Shown in pieces: positions 18,121-26,047 of a stretch of DNA of 36,794 nt (positions are counted from its first letter, which is position 1; every line of letters begins with the position of its first letter). The notes beneath the pieces are model-generated. The model was given only the letters and a program-made list of their open reading frames with translations, was not told the origin of the DNA and ran no database searches. A program made the position numbers and the translations under genes. The DNA is taken from the IMG/VR virus record IMGVR_UViG_3300011339_000519, positions 1-36,794 of that record; one strand, 5' to 3'. This DNA is from a virus (Duplodnaviria > Caudoviricetes).

Positions 18121-19347
18121 ATGCAGTTATTCCCCCATCAGCAAGAAGCCAAGCTCTTTTTGCTTTCCAGGCGCAGGGCCATCCTGGCCGACCAACCCCG
18201 TGTTGGTAAGACGCTACCCACAGCGGCAGCAGCTCTGGAAAACCTCCCAGCACTCATCGTCTGCCCGGCCATCGCCAAGACAGTCTGGGAGGCGGCTTTC
18301 AACAAGCTCGCACCCAATGTCTCAGTCCATGTGGTCAATGGAAAACGCGAGGCTGGAACGCCCACATCAGCCGATATCACCATCATCAACTACGATGTTT
18401 TGCAGTATGGTGTAACGCACTGTGACAGATATAACACGCTGGTTTTGGACGAGTGTCACCGGATCAAGAATCCAAAGGCTGCCAGGACAAAGGCCGCCAT
18501 GCTGGCCATGAAAAAGATCGATCATGTTTATGCCTTGTCTGGCACGCCAATTCCAAACAGGCCCATCGAGCTGTGGCCCGTGCTGCATGGCCTTGGCATC
18601 TACCGGGGCGGCTGGTTTGACTTTGCTGCCAGGTACGCAAAGATGTGGTCAGCCCCCTGGGGCTTGGACACATCAGGCGCGTCAAACTTGCCAGAACTCA
18701 AGGCCATGATGAAGCCCCATGTGCTGCGCAGAAAGAAAGAAGACATCTTCAAAGACTACAAAGAGCCGCAAGTCAGCCTCATCACTTTTGACCTACCCAA
18801 CGACAAACGGGAGCAAAGTTTTGATGCCGATGCCTTGGTCGCAAACCCCAATGCTTTGCTGGCCTTTGAGGGTCTGGCCGAGGTTATGCGCGAGGCCGGA
18901 ATGCGCAAGGTCCAATATGCTGCCGACTTCATCGATGACTTGCTCCAGGCCAACGAGCCAGTGGTGGTCTTTGCGCACCACAAGGATGTGGTCCAAGCCC
19001 TGCAAGATGAACTCAAGGTCCATAAGCCCGTGATCGTGGTGGGTGACACCACCAGGCTCAAGCGCGACATGGCCATCCAAGACTTTCAAGCTGGCAAGAC
19101 CAAATGCATCATCGGCAACATTGCAGCCATGTCTGAGGGTGTGGACTTATCTGCTGCCGACACCATCGTCTTTGTCGAATGCACCTGGTCCACAAGCGCA
19201 TTGGAGCAGGCCAGCAGCCGTGTTGAAAATATCAACAAATCAGGCATTCCCCCAGTCATTTACATATTGACCATTAAAGCCAGCTTGGACCATACAGTCT
19301 TGGCCAAAGTGCTGAAGAAGCTCAATGTGGTCAGTCAGATTATCTGA
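18121..19347 (+). CDS. SNF2-family superfamily 2 helicase
   Basis: LFPHQ, ILADQPRVGKT, VLDECH, LSGTPIPN, EGVDL, EQASSRV motifs. Confidence 0.93.
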   Translation: MQLFPHQQEAKLFLLSRRRAILADQPRVGKTLPTAAAALENLPALIVCPAIAKTVWEAAFNKLAPNVSVHVVNGKREAGTPTSADITIINYDVLQYGVTHCDRYNTLVLDECHRIKNPKAARTKAAMLAMKKIDHVYALSGTPIPNRPIELWPVLHGLGIYRGGWFDFAARYAKMWSAPWGLDTSGASNLPELKAMMKPHVLRRKKEDIFKDYKEPQVSLITFDLPNDKREQSFDADALVANPNALLAFEGLAEVMREAGMRKVQYAADFIDDLLQANEPVVVFAHHKDVVQALQDELKVHKPVIVVGDTTRLKRDMAIQDFQAGKTKCIIGNIAAMSEGVDLSAADTIVFVECTWSTSALEQASSRVENINKSGIPPVIYILTIKASLDHTVLAKVLKKLNVVSQII

Positions 19348-19356
19348 GGTGCAGCC

Positions 19357-20028
19357 ATGAAATTCTATGTGGGCATGCACATGCCAAGCAAAGCAGACAA
19401 ATTAGACCGAGCATTCATCAGCGTCAATCGTCTGGCTAACCGAAAATCTGGCTTTCCAGTTAATGAGTGGATCATGGACTCTGGTGCATTTACGACCATT
19501 GCCAAATATGGCTGCTACCCAGAGCCAGTTAAAGCCTATGCAGACCAAATCAAAAGATGGAAGACCAATGGCCATTTGGTGGCAGCTGTCGCCCAGGACT
19601 ATATGTGCGAGGACCACATGCTCAGAAAAACTGGACTCAATGTGCGACAACATCAAATCCTGACCATTGAGCGCTATGACCAATTGATTGCAGAAGACAC
19701 TGGTGTGTATATCTTGCCAGTGCTGCAAGGATACACGCCACAAAGCTATGTGGACCATGTGCGAATGTATGGCGACAGGCTTAAAAATGGCGCTTATGTT
19801 GGCGTGGGCAGCGTCTGCAAGCGCAACGCCAGCCCAAGCTCCATTGTCCAAGTGCTGAAAGCCATCAAGAAAGAACGGCCAGATTTACAGCTTCATGGCT
19901 TTGGCATCAAAACAACATCGTTGATGTGGGAAGAAGTCAGAGACAACCTATATTCAGCAGACTCTATGGCCTGGTCATTCGCGGCCCGTATGGAAAAAAA
20001 AACCCTAACGATTGGCGAGAAGCAGTGA
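19357..20028 (+). CDS. dpdA: Queuine tRNA-ribosyltransferase (TGT)-fold, DpdA-like deazaguanine transglycosylase; probably extends to 20078 via a -1 shift
   Basis: DSGAF, QD, PVLQG, GVGSVCKR, LHGFG and SADSMAW motifs of the TGT/DpdA superfamily. Confidence 0.72.
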   Translation: MKFYVGMHMPSKADKLDRAFISVNRLANRKSGFPVNEWIMDSGAFTTIAKYGCYPEPVKAYADQIKRWKTNGHLVAAVAQDYMCEDHMLRKTGLNVRQHQILTIERYDQLIAEDTGVYILPVLQGYTPQSYVDHVRMYGDRLKNGAYVGVGSVCKRNASPSSIVQVLKAIKKERPDLQLHGFGIKTTSLMWEEVRDNLYSADSMAWSFAARMEKKTLTIGEKQ

Positions 20029-20091
20029 AATTCCAAAACAAGATTGCCAATCAACCCGTGCAAAAAAGTCTTTTTTAACCCAGGAGAAACC

Positions 20092-21099
20092 ATGCAACAT
20101 GAAACCCGAAAACACGCCCGACTCTCAGCATCACGCACAGACCGCTTCATGCAATGCCCAGGCTCATACAGGCTTGAGTCCCTCATGCCTTACGAGCCAG
20201 CAGGCGAGGCTGCTGCCATCGGCACAGCAATCCATGAACTGTCTGAGATCATTCTGTCTGGCAATCCAATCCCTGCCAACACCGACAAGGACCACATTGC
20301 AATGGCCCAGGCTTATGCAGACTTTGTCAACACTCTGGTCGAGAATCCGCGCAAAAAGCTCATCGAAGTAAACCTGGACAGCGGCCTCAAGTCCCTGCAC
20401 CCAGCGCTTGGCGGCACAGCCGATGCCGTCCTGGTCGATGGCGACCACCTCCATGTCGTTGACCTAAAGACTGGCCGTGTGGCTGTGGATGCCACAGACA
20501 ACAAGCAGCTGCTGACCTATGCATTGGGCGCGATGAGGCAATTCAAAGCGCCCAGCCACATCACTTGCACCATGCACATCTTTCAGCCCCGTGTCGGCCA
20601 TAGCAAGTGGACAGTTACTGGCCAGGAACTCATTGACCATGGTGAAAGATTGAAAGCCGCAGCAGAGCTGGCGCTCACAGCCGATGCACCAACAAGCCCG
20701 TCTCCAGATGCATGCCGATACTGCAAGGCCAAGACCATTTGTCCAAGCATGCGAGAGAAGGTCCAGGAAGCCGCTAGGAGCGACTTCAAGCCTGACACCA
20801 CTGTCACCCCTGAGATGCTGGACACGGCAGTCCTGGTGGCCTCATGGGCCGATGCAGTGCAAAGCGCTGCCAAAGACCAGCTGACCAATGGCGTGGCCAT
20901 CCAAGGGTGGACCATGCGTGCAGGCCGCAAGACCAAATTCTGGAAGGACGAGGCTCTGGTCATGCAGGCATTTAAAGACAATGACCAGGTGTGGGAACTT
21001 AAAAGCCCCAGCGCTGTCTTAAAACTTGGTGTCGAAGTGAGCGAAGACCTGGTCGGTGAGAAGGTGGCTGCGTCAAGCCTAGTGAGGGCCAAAGAATGA
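20092..21099 (+). CDS. Cas4-like PD-(D/E)XK exonuclease (DUF2800)
   Basis: HARLSAS...CPGS, GTAIHE, GGTAD, VDLKTG, QLLTYALG, CRYCKAKTICP; AGGAG RBS sets the start at 20092. Confidence 0.88.
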   Translation: MQHETRKHARLSASRTDRFMQCPGSYRLESLMPYEPAGEAAAIGTAIHELSEIILSGNPIPANTDKDHIAMAQAYADFVNTLVENPRKKLIEVNLDSGLKSLHPALGGTADAVLVDGDHLHVVDLKTGRVAVDATDNKQLLTYALGAMRQFKAPSHITCTMHIFQPRVGHSKWTVTGQELIDHGERLKAAAELALTADAPTSPSPDACRYCKAKTICPSMREKVQEAARSDFKPDTTVTPEMLDTAVLVASWADAVQSAAKDQLTNGVAIQGWTMRAGRKTKFWKDEALVMQAFKDNDQVWELKSPSAVLKLGVEVSEDLVGEKVAASSLVRAKE

Positions 21100-21398
21100 A
21101 CAGAGAAGACATTATTCGCATGGCACGAGAGGCGGGTGGCGGTTTGTCAAGTATTGCTGAACCATTAGAACACCCTTGGAAATTTAGCGAAGCAGAACTA
21201 ATTCGCTTTGCCGCCCTTGTCGCTTATGCCGAGCGTGAGTCTTTGCGAGAGTCTTTTCGCATTGTAACAGCCGCAGAAGCAAGTGCTGCGATTTTGCATG
21301 AGCGTAAGGCGTGTGCAGATTTGTGCGACAGATTTGCAAACCGAATGATGAGTGCAGAAGAATGCGCAGACGCCATCCGAGCAAGGGGACAAGCATGA
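21096..21398 (+). CDS. Hypothetical phage protein
   Basis: EDIIRMAREAG, RFAALVA and ERKACA...CADAIRARG pattern; ATGA overlaps. Confidence 0.7.
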   Translation: MNREDIIRMAREAGGGLSSIAEPLEHPWKFSEAELIRFAALVAYAERESLRESFRIVTAAEASAAILHERKACADLCDRFANRMMSAEECADAIRARGQA

Positions 21399-21871
21399 GA
21401 AAGCGCAGCAAGTACAGACCCCGCCAAGTCTTTTCAGACCCCGTAGCCTGGGTGATCAATGGCTTTAAACCCATGAGCGAGTCAGGTGAGGCAGTGAGTC
21501 TGAAGATCAAAAACCATTCAGCCTTATCCGACATCACTCAGGGCCAAGGTGACAAGAACAAAGTCGATGTCCTGATCGCTGCCATGAACATGGCTGAGGC
21601 TTTGCACATCGTCAACCCAGCACTTGGCAAGGAATATGCGCCAGAGATCAAGGCTGCCCAGGACGCGATCTACAACATGGCAAAAAGAGGCGTGGTCAAA
21701 GGCCGCTTTGTCTTCACAGGCCCAGAGATGCAGGCCATGAACACGGGCATGGAGGTCCATGACGCGCAGCTAGATGTTTGCACCATTGGTGAGCTAGAAG
21801 CAGCCATCAAGTATGTCTATGAAGCTATCAAGCACCGAAGAGCAAGACCCATAGTGGAGGTGGCAGTATGA
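21395..21871 (+). CDS. Hypothetical phage protein
   Basis: Start reassigned to MRKRSKYRPR (ATGA overlap). Confidence 0.7.
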   Translation: MRKRSKYRPRQVFSDPVAWVINGFKPMSESGEAVSLKIKNHSALSDITQGQGDKNKVDVLIAAMNMAEALHIVNPALGKEYAPEIKAAQDAIYNMAKRGVVKGRFVFTGPEMQAMNTGMEVHDAQLDVCTIGELEAAIKYVYEAIKHRRARPIVEVAV

Positions 21872-21960
21872 AGAACATTCATGTTTGGTCTTACATACTG
21901 GTCATTCTCATTGCCTTTTGGGCATATATGGCAAATTTGCTTTTTGCATTGAAAGCATAG
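21868..21960 (+). CDS. 30-aa membrane peptide (not in ORF track)
   Basis: MKNIHVWSYILVILIAFWAYMANLLFALKA*; GGAGG RBS and ATGA overlap. Confidence 0.6.
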   Translation: MKNIHVWSYILVILIAFWAYMANLLFALKA

Positions 21961-21976
21961 AATCCAATCCCTGACC

Positions 21977-22018
21977 CAAAAAGAAACCCCTGGTCCAAGC
22001 GCAAACTCTGACCAGGGG
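21977..22018 (-). terminator. Hairpin, terminator-like on the minus strand
   Basis: CCCCTGGTC...GACCAGGGG 9-bp stem preceded by AAAAAGAAA on the + strand (U-rich tail on the - strand); long loop. Confidence 0.4.
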
Positions 22019-22088
22019 CAAACTCAAGGGCAACCAACAAAATGAAACACCCAAACAAAGGAATTTCAGTGTTCATTCTAATACCAGG

Positions 22089-22097
22089 TGGTATAGT
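22089..22097 (+). promoter_or_regulatory. Extended -10 promoter for the primase leader
   Basis: TGgTATAGT about 100 nt upstream of the primase ATG. Confidence 0.5.
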
Positions 22098-22103
22098 ATT
22101 TGA

Positions 22104-22165
22104 AGCCACGGCTAGGGTAGCTCCCGAAAAGCAGACTGAATCACTGCCTGCCGATGCGCTTTTTA
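22104..22165 (+). ncRNA. Candidate structured RNA/cis-regulatory leader
   Basis: GGCTAGGGTAGCTCCCGAAAAGCAGACTGAATCACTGCCTGCC can fold into a multi-stem junction; starts just after a promoter and ends in a T run. Confidence 0.5.
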
Positions 22166-22192
22166 CATGATTCGTAATCGAAAGATTCATCG

Positions 22193-24337
22193 ATGTCCAC
22201 AGAATTCTTGGCCGCCAAGGCCCATCCCTCTTACGCGGTAGCAGTCACCATTGCCAACGCATGCCCAGAAGCACTCTTCTGCGGCTTTAAAACCAAACCT
22301 AAAGCAGACGGAACGCACGCCAAAATTCCCGTCTCAAAGACTGGCGCTGGTGTTGGTGCTGACATTGACCAGGCTTTGCTGGTGAACTGCGCAGAGCTGG
22401 CCCAGATGATTGAGCCGCCACAGAACTGCGAATATTGGGGCATCTTCATGCAAAGCCGCATGACCTTTGACCCGTTCAATGACCTGGTGCTGACCATTCT
22501 TGACCTGGACACAAAGCGCTCAACAGCGCCACGCGACATCCGCATGGTCAAGCTCATGGACCTGGCCAAAGAAAATGGCCTGCTGACAGAAAGAAGCCAC
22601 AGCAAAAAGGGTGGCCACATCATTTTCTTGGCAAAGCCTGACCCAAGCCTGCCTCCAAAAATAGACCTTGGCAATCATCAGGAAGTTGAAATTTTTGGCC
22701 ATCCTGGCAGCGCAGGCAAGAATGTCATGCTCACTGGCGACTCAATGCGCGGTGACATCAAAGAGATCGGCTGCACAGTCAAAGAATTCTTGGCCAAGGC
22801 TGGCATCCAGCTGCAAGAGCCAGAAGCCAAAGCGCAAACGCCACAGTTTGACTTCACGCAAATGCTCTCAAGAGGCAGCCAAAACGATTTTGGTCGAGCC
22901 TTGGAGGCGCTTCAGTGCATTAACCCAGACATTGACTATGAAGACTGGATTGCTATTGGCCAGGCATTGCACTCAGAGTTTGGTGAGCAAGGCAAAAACG
23001 CATGGTATTCCTGGTCGGCCAGTGGCAGCAAATACCAGGGCGAGAAGGACCTAGACAGCCACTGGAGATCATTTGGAAAGAAAGATGGGGTAAGTCTTGG
23101 CACACTCTACAAACACGCCAAGGACCATGGCTGGCAACCACCAACAAAGCAGACTGAGCGAAAGTCAGCAGTCGAAGACTTCGGCATCAAGTACATGGAG
23201 CAAACTGAAAGCCCAAAGCCTGAAGCAGCAAAGACCAGGTGGCAGCCAATCTCCCTTAATCTTGGCCAACTAGAGCCAGTCGATTATCTGATTGATGGCT
23301 TTATTGCCCACAGCTTTTCAGTCATTGCCGGGCAGCCAGGAGCGGGCAAGACTACGGCCATGCTGTCCATTGCACTGATTGCAGCAGGCTTTAAGGTTGG
23401 CGATTCAGAGATCAAAGCAGAGGCCCGGAGAAAGATTATCTATGTCTCTGAAGATACTGCCCAAGTAAAGCGCTCTTTATATGCATATTCAAAGCACATG
23501 AATATCAGCGCCAGTGAATTAACTGATTATTTTGTTTTGATTGAATCAATTAGATCAACAGCCGATGAGGTTATTGAACTTGCGCACAATGTTATTGAAA
23601 ACACGATTAACAATGAGCGACCATGGGTGATTATCGACACGGCCAATGCAACGCTGGATATTGAAAATGAAAACGACAACAGCCAAGTCGGTGCATTCAT
23701 GGCAGCGCTCAAGCAGACCATATTCACAAAGCTCAACACATCGATCTGCATCATCACCCACACGGCCAAGACCATGTCCAAGGAAGATGACAGTGCCATG
23801 GCCCGTGGTGCAAGTGCCTACACGGGAGATGCAACCTTAACAGCTGTGCTTTTCATGGACGAGGAAAACAACAGATATCTTCGCCTGGTAAAAACACGCT
23901 ATGAGCCAGTTTTTAGGGAAATATTGCTAATTAGCCACATCCACCATGAGGCTGTCGTTAACAGGCACGGCAATTTACAAGATGTCAATTGCGTGATCGT
24001 GTCGCCACAAGCCTCCAGCGCAGAAGATCGCAAGCAAGCTCAAATCGAGAGGGTCAACGATACAAAGCAGCAGCGCATCCAGGACAAATGCGATAAGGCG
24101 GTCATATTTGTCCAAAGCATGATCAACAAGCACCAGCAAGTGATCATCAGAAAAGGCAGCCATTGCCCCAAAATTCCACCACCAGAACTGGCCAATTTTT
24201 ACCAGCTGGAGTGGTCAGAGATTTACCAAAACGTGCCAGGCGCTGACAGAAGCGATGTCAAAAAGGCAGTCGGCACGGCCATCTTTCACAACTTCAATGA
24301 CACCGACTTAAACAATTTATGGGTGCAATTGACATGA
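22193..24337 (+). CDS. Primase-polymerase/helicase fusion (prim-pol, PriCT-2, AAA_25 RecA-like helicase)
   Basis: ILDLD and SHSKKGGH (AEP motifs); DYEDWIAIGQALH...WS..GSKY (PriCT-2); GQPGAGKTT, IIDT and IITHTAK (helicase). Confidence 0.88.
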   Translation: MSTEFLAAKAHPSYAVAVTIANACPEALFCGFKTKPKADGTHAKIPVSKTGAGVGADIDQALLVNCAELAQMIEPPQNCEYWGIFMQSRMTFDPFNDLVLTILDLDTKRSTAPRDIRMVKLMDLAKENGLLTERSHSKKGGHIIFLAKPDPSLPPKIDLGNHQEVEIFGHPGSAGKNVMLTGDSMRGDIKEIGCTVKEFLAKAGIQLQEPEAKAQTPQFDFTQMLSRGSQNDFGRALEALQCINPDIDYEDWIAIGQALHSEFGEQGKNAWYSWSASGSKYQGEKDLDSHWRSFGKKDGVSLGTLYKHAKDHGWQPPTKQTERKSAVEDFGIKYMEQTESPKPEAAKTRWQPISLNLGQLEPVDYLIDGFIAHSFSVIAGQPGAGKTTAMLSIALIAAGFKVGDSEIKAEARRKIIYVSEDTAQVKRSLYAYSKHMNISASELTDYFVLIESIRSTADEVIELAHNVIENTINNERPWVIIDTANATLDIENENDNSQVGAFMAALKQTIFTKLNTSICIITHTAKTMSKEDDSAMARGASAYTGDATLTAVLFMDEENNRYLRLVKTRYEPVFREILLISHIHHEAVVNRHGNLQDVNCVIVSPQASSAEDRKQAQIERVNDTKQQRIQDKCDKAVIFVQSMINKHQQVIIRKGSHCPKIPPPELANFYQLEWSEIYQNVPGADRSDVKKAVGTAIFHNFNDTDLNNLWVQLT

Positions 24338-24374
24338 CCAGAAGCGCCACTAAAACGGCCCAGATTCAAGTCGC

Positions 24375-24561
24375 AAAGTCGAAGGGACGAAGAGACGGTC
24401 CTGTCGATTGTCACCTCGGTCTTGTCGATTCAATTGCTCGGAGTGTATTGTCAGATATGCACACTTTTGTGTGCATTCTGACATCACGCATGAGAGGTTT
24501 TTTGATGTCAAAAGTCGAAGGGACGAAGGGACGAAATGCTATAGGGCGTCCCTTCGACTTT
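24375..24561. repeat. Iteron-like direct and inverted repeats (candidate origin)
   Basis: AAAGTCGAAGGGACGAAG at 24375-24392 and 24511-24528; 15-nt reverse complement at 24547-24561. Confidence 0.8.
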
Positions 24562-24583
24562 CGAGTGTTTTTAGGAGCAAATC

Positions 24584-24883
24584 ATGGTTGATGAATTTGA
24601 TGACAGAAACTGGTGCAGAAATTGTCGTCACCTCGACTTGGTTGAGATGCGCCAATCAATGCCAGCAGAGCAAATGGAAAAGCACCGCAAGGTCAACGCA
24701 AAACCACTTCAATGGATGTTTGACCAGGCAAAGATTCGCAATGGATGGGCGGCAATCTCATGGTCCGAACACCAGTGCGCCAAAACGGGACTTGCCGCAT
24801 TCCCGACCGATGTGAAACACCGCTGCCACATGTTCCAGGCCAAACCCTCGGTTGTAGAATCCGAGGAATGGTGGTTGACTTAA
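24584..24883 (+). CDS. Hypothetical Cys-containing protein
   Basis: AGGAG RBS; CRNC...C...HRC, possibly metal-binding. Confidence 0.65.
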   Translation: MVDEFDDRNWCRNCRHLDLVEMRQSMPAEQMEKHRKVNAKPLQWMFDQAKIRNGWAAISWSEHQCAKTGLAAFPTDVKHRCHMFQAKPSVVESEEWWLT

Positions 24884-25266
24884 AGCGCAAGAGAAAGAGT
24901 GTTGAACACATTGACCAGGTCAAGGTGGTGCAGCACTTTCGTGCGTTTTATCCGGACATCATCATTGCGGCAATACCGAATGGAGGCGATAGAACGGCCT
25001 CAGAGCGCGTGAGATTGCATTCTGAGGGTGTACTGGCAGGGATGCCTGATCTGTGCGTCCTGGAGGCTAAAAACGGGTTTCATGCACTGTTTGTGGAGAT
25101 GAAGACCAAGACAGGGACTGTGAAAGAGAAGCAAAGCGCTATTGCTTTGCAGTTAAACGCAAAAGGATATCGGTCAGTGGTCGCAAGGTCAGCAGCCGAT
25201 GCAATTAAAACGATTGAGGAGTATTTGAATGGCAACAGCAAAGAAGAGTGCAAAGACATTGAGTGA
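24868..25266 (+). CDS. VRR-NUC domain endonuclease (possible resolvase)
   Basis: AIPNGG, EGVLAGMPDL, LFVEMKT and Q...L...GY motifs; start approximate. Confidence 0.85.
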   Translation: MVVDLKRKRKSVEHIDQVKVVQHFRAFYPDIIIAAIPNGGDRTASERVRLHSEGVLAGMPDLCVLEAKNGFHALFVEMKTKTGTVKEKQSAIALQLNAKGYRSVVARSAADAIKTIEEYLNGNSKEECKDIE

Positions 25267-25729
25267 ACTGGCTGACAACATTGTCGAGAGGCAGCTCACA
25301 CTCAAAGACCAGGCAGCCATCGAGCGCAAAGAGATGTCTGGGATCAATAAGAAAATTCACGCCTTTGGCGGTGAAGCCATGCTCTTTGACCATATCTCAC
25401 AAGGCAAGACCATCGATTCGGTGATTAAGTCTTTGGACATCAGCATCGGTGGCTTCTACAAATGGATCGAAAAAGATGCCAAACGGGGAGAGCTTCTCGC
25501 ACGCGCACGCACGCGAGGTGGCCGAAGTTTAGCAGAGCAGACGCTGGAGATCGCAGACAGTGCAAGCCCTCAAGAGGCGCAAGTGGCCAAGCTGCGCGTG
25601 GATACCAGGCGCTGGCTGGCCAGTAAGCTCTCTGAAGAGTTCAGCGACAAGCAGCAGCCACTGGTCAACATCGACCTGGGAAGCATGGCGCTCGATGCGC
25701 TGCGCAAGCGAAGCATCACAATCGAATGA
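25229..25729 (+). CDS. terS: Terminase small subunit (Sf6 gp1-like)
   Basis: LARAR...AEQTLEIAD...AKLRVDTRRWLASKL; GAGGAG RBS. Confidence 0.82.
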   Translation: MATAKKSAKTLSELADNIVERQLTLKDQAAIERKEMSGINKKIHAFGGEAMLFDHISQGKTIDSVIKSLDISIGGFYKWIEKDAKRGELLARARTRGGRSLAEQTLEIADSASPQEAQVAKLRVDTRRWLASKLSEEFSDKQQPLVNIDLGSMALDALRKRSITIE

Positions 25730-25777
25730 AGTGAATACCGAAGTAGTCAATGACTTTATACAATGACCATTATGTTA

Positions 25778-25879
25778 AGTGGATAAGTCGATATCCACAG
25801 AAAAAGCAATGCTCTGGTGTTACATGTGTGGTTATCCACAGGAATCTGTGGATAGAAGTGGACAAAGTGCTGTGGACAA
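25778..25879. promoter_or_regulatory. Cluster of six DnaA-box-like 9-mers
   Basis: Perfect TTATCCACA at 25832; 1-2 mismatch boxes at 25778, 25791, 25847, 25857 and 25871, in both orientations. Confidence 0.75.
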
Positions 25880-25998
25880 TCCTGCCGTGGCCGCCAGCCG
25901 CCCTGGGCGTGAGACCCCCCCATGGCCGGGTTGGCGGGGGCGGCTGTGGCGGTGCTAAACACCTACAAAAAAAAATTTTTAAAAAAATTTTGAACTAG

Positions 25999-26028
25999 TT
26001 GACATAAAGCGCAAAAATCCCTGACAAT
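25999..26028 (+). promoter_or_regulatory. Putative sigma70 promoter
   Basis: TTGACA-18 nt-GACAAT with an upstream A/T tract; AAGGA RBS downstream. Confidence 0.45.
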
Positions 26029-26047
26029 CTAAAAAAAGGAAAACGCG

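Noticed and set aside
20092-21099. CRISPR-Cas system suggested by the Cas4-like gene
   Set aside because: No repeat-spacer array or other cas genes; DUF2800-type nucleases are ordinary phage recombination proteins.
22104-22165. tRNA gene
   Set aside because: Too short, with no TTCRA T-loop or cloverleaf; kept only as a candidate structured RNA.
22042-22170. 42-aa leader ORF (MKHPNKGISVF...) across the structured RNA
   Set aside because: Weak RBS, and it spans the predicted promoter; cannot be supported without expression data.
24375-24561. Mini-CRISPR array
   Set aside because: Only two 18-bp direct copies 136 bp apart plus an inverted copy; this does not fit repeat-spacer geometry.
24319-24815. 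ORFs 24319-24591 and 24408-24815
   Set aside because: They run through the repeat element with no recognisable motifs, and the second overlaps the better-supported 24584-24883 gene.
25750-25998. ORFs 25750-25998 (+) and 25756-25962 (-)
   Set aside because: They translate DnaA boxes, the GC hairpin and the A/T tract; no clear RBS.
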